64,000 nucleotides of DNA from an uncultured Thermoplasmata archaeon (GTDB lineage Archaea > Thermoplasmatota > Thermoplasmata > Lutacidiplasmatales > UBA184): positions 768,503 through 832,502 of the forward strand of contig CAVZDD010000005.1 of the NCBI GenBank assembly GCA_963773945.1, given 5' to 3'. The number at the start of each line of letters is the position of its first letter. The stretch's first letter is position 1. Under the pieces are notes generated by a model. It was not told the origin of the DNA, made no database searches, and was given only the letters and a program-made list of their open reading frames with translations. A program made the position numbers and the translations under genes. Positions 29,171-36,131 of this stretch are shown in pieces.

Positions 29171-29527
29171 ATGGCACCACGAAGAAAACTGGACCGAAGG
29201 AAGCTCGAGCTGATGGCCGAACGAGTAAGGGACGCGGGGACCGCGGGCGTGCACCGCTCGATCCTGGCGGTGGCCTATGGGATCTCCCCGTCGACGCTGC
29301 GCGTCGAGTACGACGCGGTCCTATTGGACGTCGCGCCCGACCTCTACCGGCACGGCGCGACGTACTACGTCGACTCGGACAAGAGCGCGCAGCTTCTCAA
29401 CGCGCTCGTCCTCGAACGACAGGGGGACGTGGGGGGTGCGTTCGAGATCCGCCAACAGCTCCGCACGGGGCGGGCCCCCGTGACGGTCGGGCAGCGTACC
29501 CTCGACTCCGAGGAGGCGGGCTCGTGA
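29171..29527 (+). CDS. Element HTH-like DNA-binding protein
   Basis: AGGAGA SD; HRSILAVAYGISPSTLR HTH pattern. Confidence 0.7.
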   Translation: MAPRRKLDRRKLELMAERVRDAGTAGVHRSILAVAYGISPSTLRVEYDAVLLDVAPDLYRHGATYYVDSDKSAQLLNALVLERQGDVGGAFEIRQQLRTGRAPVTVGQRTLDSEEAGS

Positions 29528-30048
29528 GCGCCCAATCCGTAACATCCTCTCGGCGGAGGCGTGCAACACTTCGCCGTCGGGTCTGCGAGGCCTGCGGAAT
29601 CGACTTCCGCGCCCGACGAAGGAGCGCCAGGTTCTGCTCCACTCGGTGCAGGGTCAGCTCCATGAGGTGGCGGCGTTCCGACCCACTGCTCCGTTTGATC
29701 GCCGCCGAACGGTTGCTGCGCGAAGCGGCCGCGGCCTTTCGGGCCCGTGTCGACCACGACCCGGGAGATTCCGCTCAGATGAGAGCCGAAGCGAGGTTGG
29801 GGGCGCGAGTCTACCAGCTGGCGCTCGAGGTATGGGTACGATCGGCACACACCGCTGGCATCCCCCTCAGTGACTTAGGCGGCGCGCCCAAAAACAACCC
29901 CGAGCTTCGGGAACTTTGGATCCTGGGAGGCATCCCCTCGGCCCGATTGAGTGAATTTATCCAATTCGTCCAGCGGAGGTGTCTCACTGTCGCTGACAAC
30001 CGATTCAACATGAACCCACTCGGGCCGAAGTGGGAGGCGAGCTCGTGA
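29524..30048 (+). CDS. Element protein with TRASH/MYM-type Zn finger
   Basis: CEACGIDF...ARFCSTRCR; GTGA overlap and GGAGG SD. Confidence 0.7.
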   Translation: MSAQSVTSSRRRRATLRRRVCEACGIDFRARRRSARFCSTRCRVSSMRWRRSDPLLRLIAAERLLREAAAAFRARVDHDPGDSAQMRAEARLGARVYQLALEVWVRSAHTAGIPLSDLGGAPKNNPELRELWILGGIPSARLSEFIQFVQRRCLTVADNRFNMNPLGPKWEASS

Positions 30049-30404
30049 GGCGTCGGGGACCGCCGCGGCGGCGGGGCGACAGGGCGGACTGGAGCGCGCT
30101 CCAACGGGAGCTCTCCAGGACGGAAAGGTCGGTTCGTCGGCTCGGGCCGGTGTTGGACACGCTGGAGGAAAGATACTCTCCCGCGAAGAACGCTCCCAAC
30201 GTGGGAGCGTTCTCTCCCCGACCCGAGACCTACACGGTACAAGTCTGTACCTGGTGCCATCACAGGGCAGCCCACCACCGCCGAGGGGATTGCGACGTGG
30301 AAGACCCAAGGACGTTGACTGGTCGGTGCACGTGCAAAGCCGCCGCGGTACGTGACAAGAACGGGAGCTGGGTCATCGTGGTCCGCCCGAAGGGCCAGCC
30401 ATGA
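30045..30404 (+). CDS. Element Cys/His-rich protein
   Basis: CTWCHHRAAHH...C...CTC; GTGA overlap and GGAGG SD. Confidence 0.65.
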   Translation: MRRRGPPRRRGDRADWSALQRELSRTERSVRRLGPVLDTLEERYSPAKNAPNVGAFSPRPETYTVQVCTWCHHRAAHHRRGDCDVEDPRTLTGRCTCKAAAVRDKNGSWVIVVRPKGQP

Positions 30405-30411
30405 AGACCGC

Positions 30412-30606
30412 TCAGGCGAACCGCGCGATCATGTCGCCCCACTTCTGGTTCAGCACGTCGATTCGGTGGAAGAACTCCCCGATGTCGGTCAACATCTTAT
30501 CCCGCTCGACGGGGGACTCGGGGACCTCTATCTCGTTCAGGATGCGCAACATCTCGTCGGCGAGCTCGTTCATCTTCACGACGGGGGAGCTCCCGTTCTC
30601 GGGCAT
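30412..30606 (-). CDS. Small acidic helical protein, 64 aa (only clear minus-strand gene in the element)
   Basis: MPENGSSPVVKMNELADEMLRILNEIEV...; protein-like composition with high GC3. Confidence 0.55.
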   Translation of the reverse strand: MPENGSSPVVKMNELADEMLRILNEIEVPESPVERDKMLTDIGEFFHRIDVLNQKWGDMIARFA

Positions 30607-30631
30607 GGAGCCCGCGATGGCGGGGATGTAG

Positions 30632-30814
30632 ATGGCGAAGAGGGGGACCAGGTGGACCGTCACGGTCACGTTCGACTTCGATGAGGAGAGCTTCACCTTC
30701 ACGACCGACACCCGCTTGCTGCTCGACCGGCTCAGGCTGCTCCTGGACCACGACGACTTCCCGAACTGCGTGGTGACGATCTCGAAGTGGACGCCCCAGA
30801 ACTTGGACGGGTAG
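30632..30814 (+). CDS. Small hypothetical protein, 60 aa
   Basis: ORF-track hit with high GC3; in tandem with the next two genes. Confidence 0.55.
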   Translation: MAKRGTRWTVTVTFDFDEESFTFTTDTRLLLDRLRLLLDHDDFPNCVVTISKWTPQNLDG

Positions 30815-30820
30815 TAGCAG

Positions 30821-30970
30821 ATGACGCTGAACGTTCTCAGCAAGGAGCTCCAGGTGGTCGCCGCCAAGCACGGGTACGTCGTCACGAAGCAGTACAACCT
30901 GGTCCGCCTGAACTCGGTCACGGTCTACGTGCGGCTCGACAAGACCCACGCCGGGCTCGTGGAGAAGTAG
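30821..30970 (+). CDS. Small hypothetical protein, 49 aa (below cutoff)
   Basis: MTLNVLSKELQVVAAKHGYVVTKQYNLVRLNSVTVYVRLDKTHAGLVEK; its stop abuts the resolvase ATG. Confidence 0.55.
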   Translation: MTLNVLSKELQVVAAKHGYVVTKQYNLVRLNSVTVYVRLDKTHAGLVEK

Positions 30971-31567
30971 ATGTTGGAGCCGGCGACCCACGCGAGCCGC
31001 CCGCTCGTCGTGTTCGTGCCGACACGCGCCACGACGGCGCTCCTCTTCCTGAGGTGCAGCACGTCCGAACAGGACTACACGCGACAGCGTGAGGACCTGG
31101 AGCGCGACGCCGCACGGCTCGGTTGGGAAGTCGTCGGCACGATCGGTGCGTACGTCTCGGGCACGTCGAACGAGAACGAGCTCAACGAGCTCCGCGCCCG
31201 GGCGGCCCGGCACGAGTTCGATGTCTGCATGGTGTGGGAGCTCTCCCGGCTGTCCCGGAGAGGCCCGGCGGCCGTTTTCGAGCTCCTGACGCAGCTCGAA
31301 CGATTGGGCACGCGCGTTTGGTCGCACTCCGAGACGTGGCTCGACCAGGACGGCCCTGCGCGTGAGCTCCTGATCTCGGTCTTCAGTTGGTGGGGCGCGA
31401 TGGAGCGCGCGGCCATTTCGGCGCGCACAAAATCCGGCATGGCGTCAAGGAAGGCGCTTGGGATCCACGTCGGTCGGCCGCAGGGCGCGAAGGACCGGCG
31501 GCCCCGCAAACGCCGAGCGACAAGGGGACCCTTCTCCCGGCTTGAGTTCGCGTCGGGGTCTCGATAG
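30971..31567 (+). CDS. Small serine recombinase (resolvase/invertase family)
   Basis: LRCSTSEQ catalytic Ser, SG, VWELSRLSR and ERAAISARTKSG...GRP motifs. Confidence 0.92.
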   Translation: MLEPATHASRPLVVFVPTRATTALLFLRCSTSEQDYTRQREDLERDAARLGWEVVGTIGAYVSGTSNENELNELRARAARHEFDVCMVWELSRLSRRGPAAVFELLTQLERLGTRVWSHSETWLDQDGPARELLISVFSWWGAMERAAISARTKSGMASRKALGIHVGRPQGAKDRRPRKRRATRGPFSRLEFASGSR

Positions 31568-31664
31568 CAAATCGGGGGCAGAGCTGAGGGGTCCCCCTTT
31601 TTGGAGCCCGATTTTCCTACCCCTTTTTCTACGGGTTGGTGCGTGGGCTTGCTTGCTACTACCC

Positions 31665-31970
31665 ATGCGGAGAAAGAACAAGGCGTGTCCTGAGGGCTGC
31701 AATCGCTTATTCAGCGGCCAAGGTCTCGTCGGTCACTTACTTTTTGTTCACAAAATCAAGCTGGTTCGGACGATCCCGACCCCCCCCACCCCCGTGCCAT
31801 TGAGATATGTTCTTCCCGAAGACGAGCCGCGCCTTCACGATGAAATCCGGATGGCAGCGAGGCCGTCGTTCACCTCCGCGCCGGCTTCGCCACCGGCACG
31901 GGCCTCGCCGCCCTCCGTGAGATCACACCGCTTCCCAGTCTCTATCGACTTGGGGGAGGCTCCTCGATGA
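31665..31970 (+). CDS. Element C2H2 Zn-finger protein
   Basis: CPEGCNRLFSGQGLVGHLLFVH; Pro-rich tail; ATGA overlap with the next gene. Confidence 0.65.
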   Translation: MRRKNKACPEGCNRLFSGQGLVGHLLFVHKIKLVRTIPTPPTPVPLRYVLPEDEPRLHDEIRMAARPSFTSAPASPPARASPPSVRSHRFPVSIDLGEAPR

Positions 31971-32329
31971 GCGGCACGGAGCTCGCGACGGGCCGAAACC
32001 GCAGGGTGGCAACCTTCTCTCCATCGGCCTTGGAGCAATCCCGCGATCATTTGCTTCAGGGTTTACTCGAACAGGACCGGGTGTTCCTCGAGGCGTGCGC
32101 GCAGACGGGCACCGACCCACGCGCATCCGTGCGTGTAGCCGTAGGGGGGCCTGGGCTCGTCGCGGTCTCAATCAAGCCTGAGTGCGTCGCGAATCTCCTG
32201 CGGTTTGTGCGGAGCGCGCCCCGGCGACTCGAGCTCGATTTCACGGAAGCGCCGGTCTTCGACGACGAGCCCACGCCTTCACTCCCTCCTCCCTCACTGT
32301 CCAAACCAACGGACAAAAACAGGAGTTGA
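31967..32329 (+). CDS. Element hypothetical protein, 120 aa
   Basis: GGAGG SD; ATGA overlap. Confidence 0.6.
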   Translation: MSGTELATGRNRRVATFSPSALEQSRDHLLQGLLEQDRVFLEACAQTGTDPRASVRVAVGGPGLVAVSIKPECVANLLRFVRSAPRRLELDFTEAPVFDDEPTPSLPPPSLSKPTDKNRS

Positions 32330-32333
32330 AAAC

Positions 32334-32639
32334 ATGGCAAGACTGAGCTACGCCTTTCCCGATGGAGAGTTCGACCGACCGATGGGACCGATGGCGACGC
32401 TGGGCGACCCGCTCCGAAGTGAGCTGTCAATCGGCGCACGCCGGGCGTGGGACAGTCCCACCGGGCAGGCGCGACGCGAGCAACTACGCGCCGCGGCCAG
32501 AGGCCCCGCTGGCGAGATGAGCCGGGCGATCGCGCCGTTCCGGGCCCAGATCTCGAACGCCTTTCGGCGTGTGGGTCCGTCGCTGTCGACCGCCTACCGG
32601 TCGATCTGGAGCGGCTACGGATACGAGAGCCCCTTCTGA
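32334..32639 (+). CDS. Element helical basic protein, 101 aa (possible virion or nucleocapsid protein)
   Basis: AGGAG SD; Arg/Ala-rich amphipathic helices. Function is inference only. Confidence 0.6.
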   Translation: MARLSYAFPDGEFDRPMGPMATLGDPLRSELSIGARRAWDSPTGQARREQLRAAARGPAGEMSRAIAPFRAQISNAFRRVGPSLSTAYRSIWSGYGYESPF

Positions 32640-32671
32640 ACGGAAAGGTGAATCGTAAGGAGGTTCAGAGC

Positions 32672-33070
32672 GTGGGAGCCGGAGGGGTTGTCGCCGGTGG
32701 CCTTGTCGCGGGCGGGATCGTGTACGGAGTGGGACTCCATTTCGGCTGGTGGGAACTACCGACGTGGCTCCAGCCACCGGCCGCGCCGGCCGCGGCGTCG
32801 CAAGCCTCAGCGGAGGGAGCACCGCCGGCGCGATACGGACTGAGGTTCACCCAAGAGGGGCAAACGAACACCGATGTAGGTCCGAGCGCGCGCTACCCCG
32901 GAGCAACTGAGCGCCGCGCAAGGTTCAGCTACGTGCAATCTCCGCCGTTCGTGGTCGAGCCCGAGGGCGCCGCCGCGGCGCGTAGGTCGTTTCAGGCCAT
33001 AGAATCCGGACGGACGAGCCAAGAAAACGCCGTCGTGCTGCGAAGATTATTCGCTACGCCGTTCGGCTGA
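32672..33070 (+). CDS. Element protein with N-terminal Gly-rich TM anchor
   Basis: AAGGAGG SD; GGVVAGGLVAGGIVYGVGLHFGWW segment. Confidence 0.6.
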   Translation: MGAGGVVAGGLVAGGIVYGVGLHFGWWELPTWLQPPAAPAAASQASAEGAPPARYGLRFTQEGQTNTDVGPSARYPGATERRARFSYVQSPPFVVEPEGAAAARRSFQAIESGRTSQENAVVLRRLFATPFG

Positions 33071-33071
33071 G

Positions 33072-33092
33072 TGTGGCACATTGTGGCACAAT
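33072..33092. repeat. Tandem palindromic TGTGGCACA x2
   Basis: Copies at 33072-80 and 33082-90; the second extends to ATTGTG-G-CACAAT. Confidence 0.75.
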
Positions 33093-33289
33093 CACTCGAT
33101 GATCGACAAAGGGGTCGACTTGCACGGGGTCGTCTTCGGCGTCGAGAACGTGGCGCCGGTTGTTCCGGTGAGCTCCGTCGCGGCGCCCCCACCAACGACA
33201 GGTTGATCGGAGCTCTCTCGGAAAACGTATGAACTACTTTCGCTTCCTCGATTCAGTGTCGACTGTCAGCGGCACGGGTGATGCGCCTC

Positions 33290-33329
33290 GGCGCCTACCC
33301 GCGATTCTGACAGATCGCGGGCGGGCGCC
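33290..33329. repeat. 16-bp imperfect inverted repeat with 8-nt spacer upstream of the integrase
   Basis: GGCGCCTACCCGCGAT-TCTGACAG-ATCGCGGGCGGGCGCC. Confidence 0.7.
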
Positions 33330-33332
33330 CCC

Positions 33333-34517
33333 TTGACTTCTGAGTTGGTCCGCGGCGTTTCGGGCGAGTTCTGGACCTCGTCCCACGATGGGACCAGGTT
33401 CCGGCTGTGGGTCCCGACCGAAGCAACCCCGGCGCCGACGCCGTCCAAATCCACGCTGGCCTTCGAGACGATCCTGCCCTCACCGTCGTCACTCTCCCGA
33501 CTTGTCGAGGTGAAAACGGCCGGTCCCCCGCCACCTTGTACGCCTTCATGCGCATCACCGACAGAAACAGTTTCATCAACCGTTTCGAGGAAGTTCGTGC
33601 CCTACAAGGAGCGCGGACTGTTCGAGCAGGTAGAGAAGTGGTCACGAGAACAGGGTGGAGACGAGGGAACGGTGGACACCCGGGTCGACCGGGTCCTTCT
33701 GTTCAGCCGCTCGGTCGCCACCCTTGGGTTCCCCCAACCGTACAGCGGGCGCGACGTAACGCGCTCAATGGTGGAGAGGTTCAAACACGACGGGATCTCG
33801 CCGCCGACGCCGCACAACATCCAGCACCATTGCGCCGGGCGGAGGCTCGCCCCGAACAACATTCACAACACGCTGCCCGAGGTTCGGTCTTGGCTAATCT
33901 CGTGCGGCAACCCGCTGGCCGCGGATCGCCGACTCTGGAAGATGGTCGGCCGCGCGCAGTCGCTCTACGTGGACCAGATGAACGAACCACGCGAGCTACG
34001 CGAGTACCTGAACGCGATGGCGCACGACGCGCGCCTCCAGGCGGAGGTCATCCTGATGGGGCCGGTGCAGATCCGTACCGAAGCGGCGCTGCACGTCCCA
34101 CCGGAGAACCTGTCTCTTTCGGCAGACCCAAGAGTGTTGTCGACCGTTCTGGTGTTGGACGAAGTCAAGTTCGGGGAGTCGTACCGGACCGGCGTCCCTC
34201 CGCAGGTCGTCGCGGCGCTGATGAACGCGGTAGTGGGGATGGAGCCGGGCAAGCCCATCTGGAGGACGTCGACGTCCGACTTCCGCCGCAGGTACAAGTG
34301 CGCGATCGCCGCCCGTGGGCTGAAGTACTACGCCCCCCGAGAACTCCGGAGTTCGGTCGCGACGTTCGCGGTGGAGGCAGACGTCCGCCCCCAGGTTCTA
34401 CAGGGGCAGATGAACCACGCCGAGTACGGAACTACGGCGAAGTTCTACGCCAAGGTCCGGCCGAAGACGCGCCTCGTGGACCTGGAGAAGTTGGGCCGCT
34501 ACCTCATGGAGGAGTAG
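33333..34517 (+). CDS. int: Tyrosine recombinase/integrase (start uncertain; alternative GTG at 33597)
   Basis: Catalytic set: QIRTEA (R), EVK (K), PRELR (HxxR position), MNH (H), TTAKFY (Y). Confidence 0.88.
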   Translation: MTSELVRGVSGEFWTSSHDGTRFRLWVPTEATPAPTPSKSTLAFETILPSPSSLSRLVEVKTAGPPPPCTPSCASPTETVSSTVSRKFVPYKERGLFEQVEKWSREQGGDEGTVDTRVDRVLLFSRSVATLGFPQPYSGRDVTRSMVERFKHDGISPPTPHNIQHHCAGRRLAPNNIHNTLPEVRSWLISCGNPLAADRRLWKMVGRAQSLYVDQMNEPRELREYLNAMAHDARLQAEVILMGPVQIRTEAALHVPPENLSLSADPRVLSTVLVLDEVKFGESYRTGVPPQVVAALMNAVVGMEPGKPIWRTSTSDFRRRYKCAIAARGLKYYAPRELRSSVATFAVEADVRPQVLQGQMNHAEYGTTAKFYAKVRPKTRLVDLEKLGRYLMEE

Positions 34518-34538
34518 ACCATGCCCGGGCGGCGTCGT

Positions 34539-34569
34539 TCACCTCAACTGAATCAGGTGCGTGCACGTC
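34539..34569. repeat. Right attachment site: core 34558-34569 plus the element-supplied regulator 3' end
   Basis: Minus strand ACG TGC ACG CAC CTG ATT CAG TTG AGG TGA = TCTHLIQLR*. Confidence 0.88.
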
Positions 34570-35186
34570 AGCCCGCCTCGCGTGATCGAATCCTCGAGCT
34601 GCAGGCCCGACTGTCCGAGAAGGGCCTCGGTGAGATTCTTGTCGAAGACCTCGCAGAGCAGGTAGGCGTGGGTCAGTGCGGTGTGCCGGAACACGCAGTT
34701 GGTCCGGTTGATCCGAACCTCTCCGTCCGGCAGCGTCTGAACCTGGGCACGGAAACCGAGCTTGTTGAGGGCGTCCGCCAGCGCGACGATCCGTTCCTCC
34801 CTCGTTCCCTCGGGAGGGATTTCCGCCGCGATCTGACGCGCCATGCGACGGGCGGCCTCGGCGAACAGCGCGGAGGTGTATCCCTCTCCTTCCTGGGCGA
34901 GGAGTTCCTCCATGACGGAGTCGAGCAGGAACTCGTACCGACGGGGAAACAGATCCTGGCCCTGGGAGGTGAGCACGTACCGCTTTTTCGGGCGGCCGAC
35001 GCCTTCGCGATGGAAGGAAGGACTGACGAGGCCCCGATCCTCGAGGCGGTCCAGGTGCCCCCGAACGGCGCTCTCCTGTATTCCGAGGTTACGAGCCAAG
35101 TCGCGCGCGCTGCGGGGGGAGACGGCGAGCGCCTCGATGATCTTGCCGCGGGTGTTGTCGGTCAGCATCAGGTCGCCAGTTGCCAT
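34539..35186 (-). CDS. sufR: SufR-like wHTH transcriptional regulator
   Basis: N-terminal wHTH, GVGRPKKRYVLT and FPRRY; C-terminal Cys (NC, LC, TC); divergent from sufC. Confidence 0.8.
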   Translation of the reverse strand: MATGDLMLTDNTRGKIIEALAVSPRSARDLARNLGIQESAVRGHLDRLEDRGLVSPSFHREGVGRPKKRYVLTSQGQDLFPRRYEFLLDSVMEELLAQEGEGYTSALFAEAARRMARQIAAEIPPEGTREERIVALADALNKLGFRAQVQTLPDGEVRINRTNCVFRHTALTHAYLLCEVFDKNLTEALLGQSGLQLEDSITRGGLTCTHLIQLR

Positions 35187-35237
35187 CCGTTCGCCTGGCG
35201 GAGAAGAGGGGCCGCGCTATATGGCCTTTCCCGACTT

Positions 35238-35258
35238 TACACACCACAATATGCTTTA
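35238..35258. promoter_or_regulatory. Candidate SufR operator between sufR and sufC
   Basis: TACACAC-N5-TATGCTTTA resembles TAAACAC-N5-TGTGCGTAT upstream of sufD and overlaps a TTTAAT box. Confidence 0.45.
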
Positions 35259-35292
35259 ATAGGCGACCGGGCTCGAATCCCTGGGGCCAAAG

Positions 35293-36075
35293 ATGTCGTC
35301 CGCCGGGGCAATTCAGCACACCCTCACGATAACCGACCTGCACGCCGAGATTGCCGGCAAGCAGATCCTGAAGGGCGTGTCGATGGAGGTCAAATCGGGC
35401 GAGCTCGCCGCGATCATGGGCCCCAACGGTTCCGGCAAGAGCACCCTCGCATACTGCCTCATGGGGCACCCGAAGTACAAGGTTACCTCCGGTTCAGTCG
35501 CGCTCGACGGGAAAGACGTCCTGAAGCTGCCGGTCGACCAGCGCGCGAAGCTCGGTCTGTTCCTGGGCTTTCAGTACCCCCAGGAGATCTCGGGGCTGTC
35601 GATGGCCAAGTTCCTCTGGACCTCGTATGCCCAACGTCATCCCGGTCCGGACGTCGACACGACCGCCTTTGACGAGAATCTCACGACGCATCTCGGATAT
35701 TTGGACATGGACAAATCGTGGCTTAAGCGGTCTCTCAACGAAGGCTTCTCCGGGGGCGAGAAGAAGCGGTCCGAAATCCTGCAAATGGCGACCCTCAACC
35801 CGATTTTCGCCGTGCTGGACGAGCCGGATTCGGGGCTTGACATCGACGCGGTCAAGGCTGTGGGCGAGACGGTGTCGAAGGTCCAGAAGGAGAGCCCCGA
35901 AATGGGGATCCTCGTCATCACCCACTACCAGCGGATTCTGAAGTACCTCAACCCCGACAAGGTCCATGTGATGGTCGACGGCGTCGTCGCACTTTCGGGG
36001 GGCCGCGAGCTGGCCCTAGAGCTCGAGGCCCGCGGTTATGATTGGGTGAAGCCCCCCGCGACCCCCTCGGCCTAG
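35293..36075 (+). CDS. sufC: Fe-S assembly ATPase SufC
   Basis: GPNGSGKST, FQYPQEI, NEGFSGGEKKR and LDEPDSGLDID motifs. Confidence 0.95.
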   Translation: MSSAGAIQHTLTITDLHAEIAGKQILKGVSMEVKSGELAAIMGPNGSGKSTLAYCLMGHPKYKVTSGSVALDGKDVLKLPVDQRAKLGLFLGFQYPQEISGLSMAKFLWTSYAQRHPGPDVDTTAFDENLTTHLGYLDMDKSWLKRSLNEGFSGGEKKRSEILQMATLNPIFAVLDEPDSGLDIDAVKAVGETVSKVQKESPEMGILVITHYQRILKYLNPDKVHVMVDGVVALSGGRELALELEARGYDWVKPPATPSA

Positions 36076-36131
36076 GGAGCACCGGCGACCCAACTCGGGA
36101 ACCAGGGGCGTCCGAGGATTCGAACCTGTCC

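Larger units (their letters stand above)
28249..34569. mobile_element. 6.3-kb integrative element (provirus- or satellite-like) inserted in the 3' end of the sufR-like gene
   Basis: 12-bp direct repeat at both ends, duplicated regulator C-terminus, tyrosine integrase ending ~40 bp from the right core, and a dense array of small co-oriented ORFs. Confidence 0.9.

Noticed and set aside
28946..29523. Long N-terminal extensions of ORFs 28946-29527 and 28999-30048
   Set aside because: Better SD-supported starts exist at 29171 and 29524, and the extensions cross the structured or repeat region.
33333..33600. SSV-type integrase split by a tRNA att site
   Set aside because: No tRNA-like sequence here. 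The att sites lie downstream of int and in a protein-coding gene.
34521..35672. 383-aa plus-strand ORF after the integrase
   Set aside because: Beyond the att core it is the antisense shadow of sufR and out of frame with sufC. Only the first ~16 codons are of interest.
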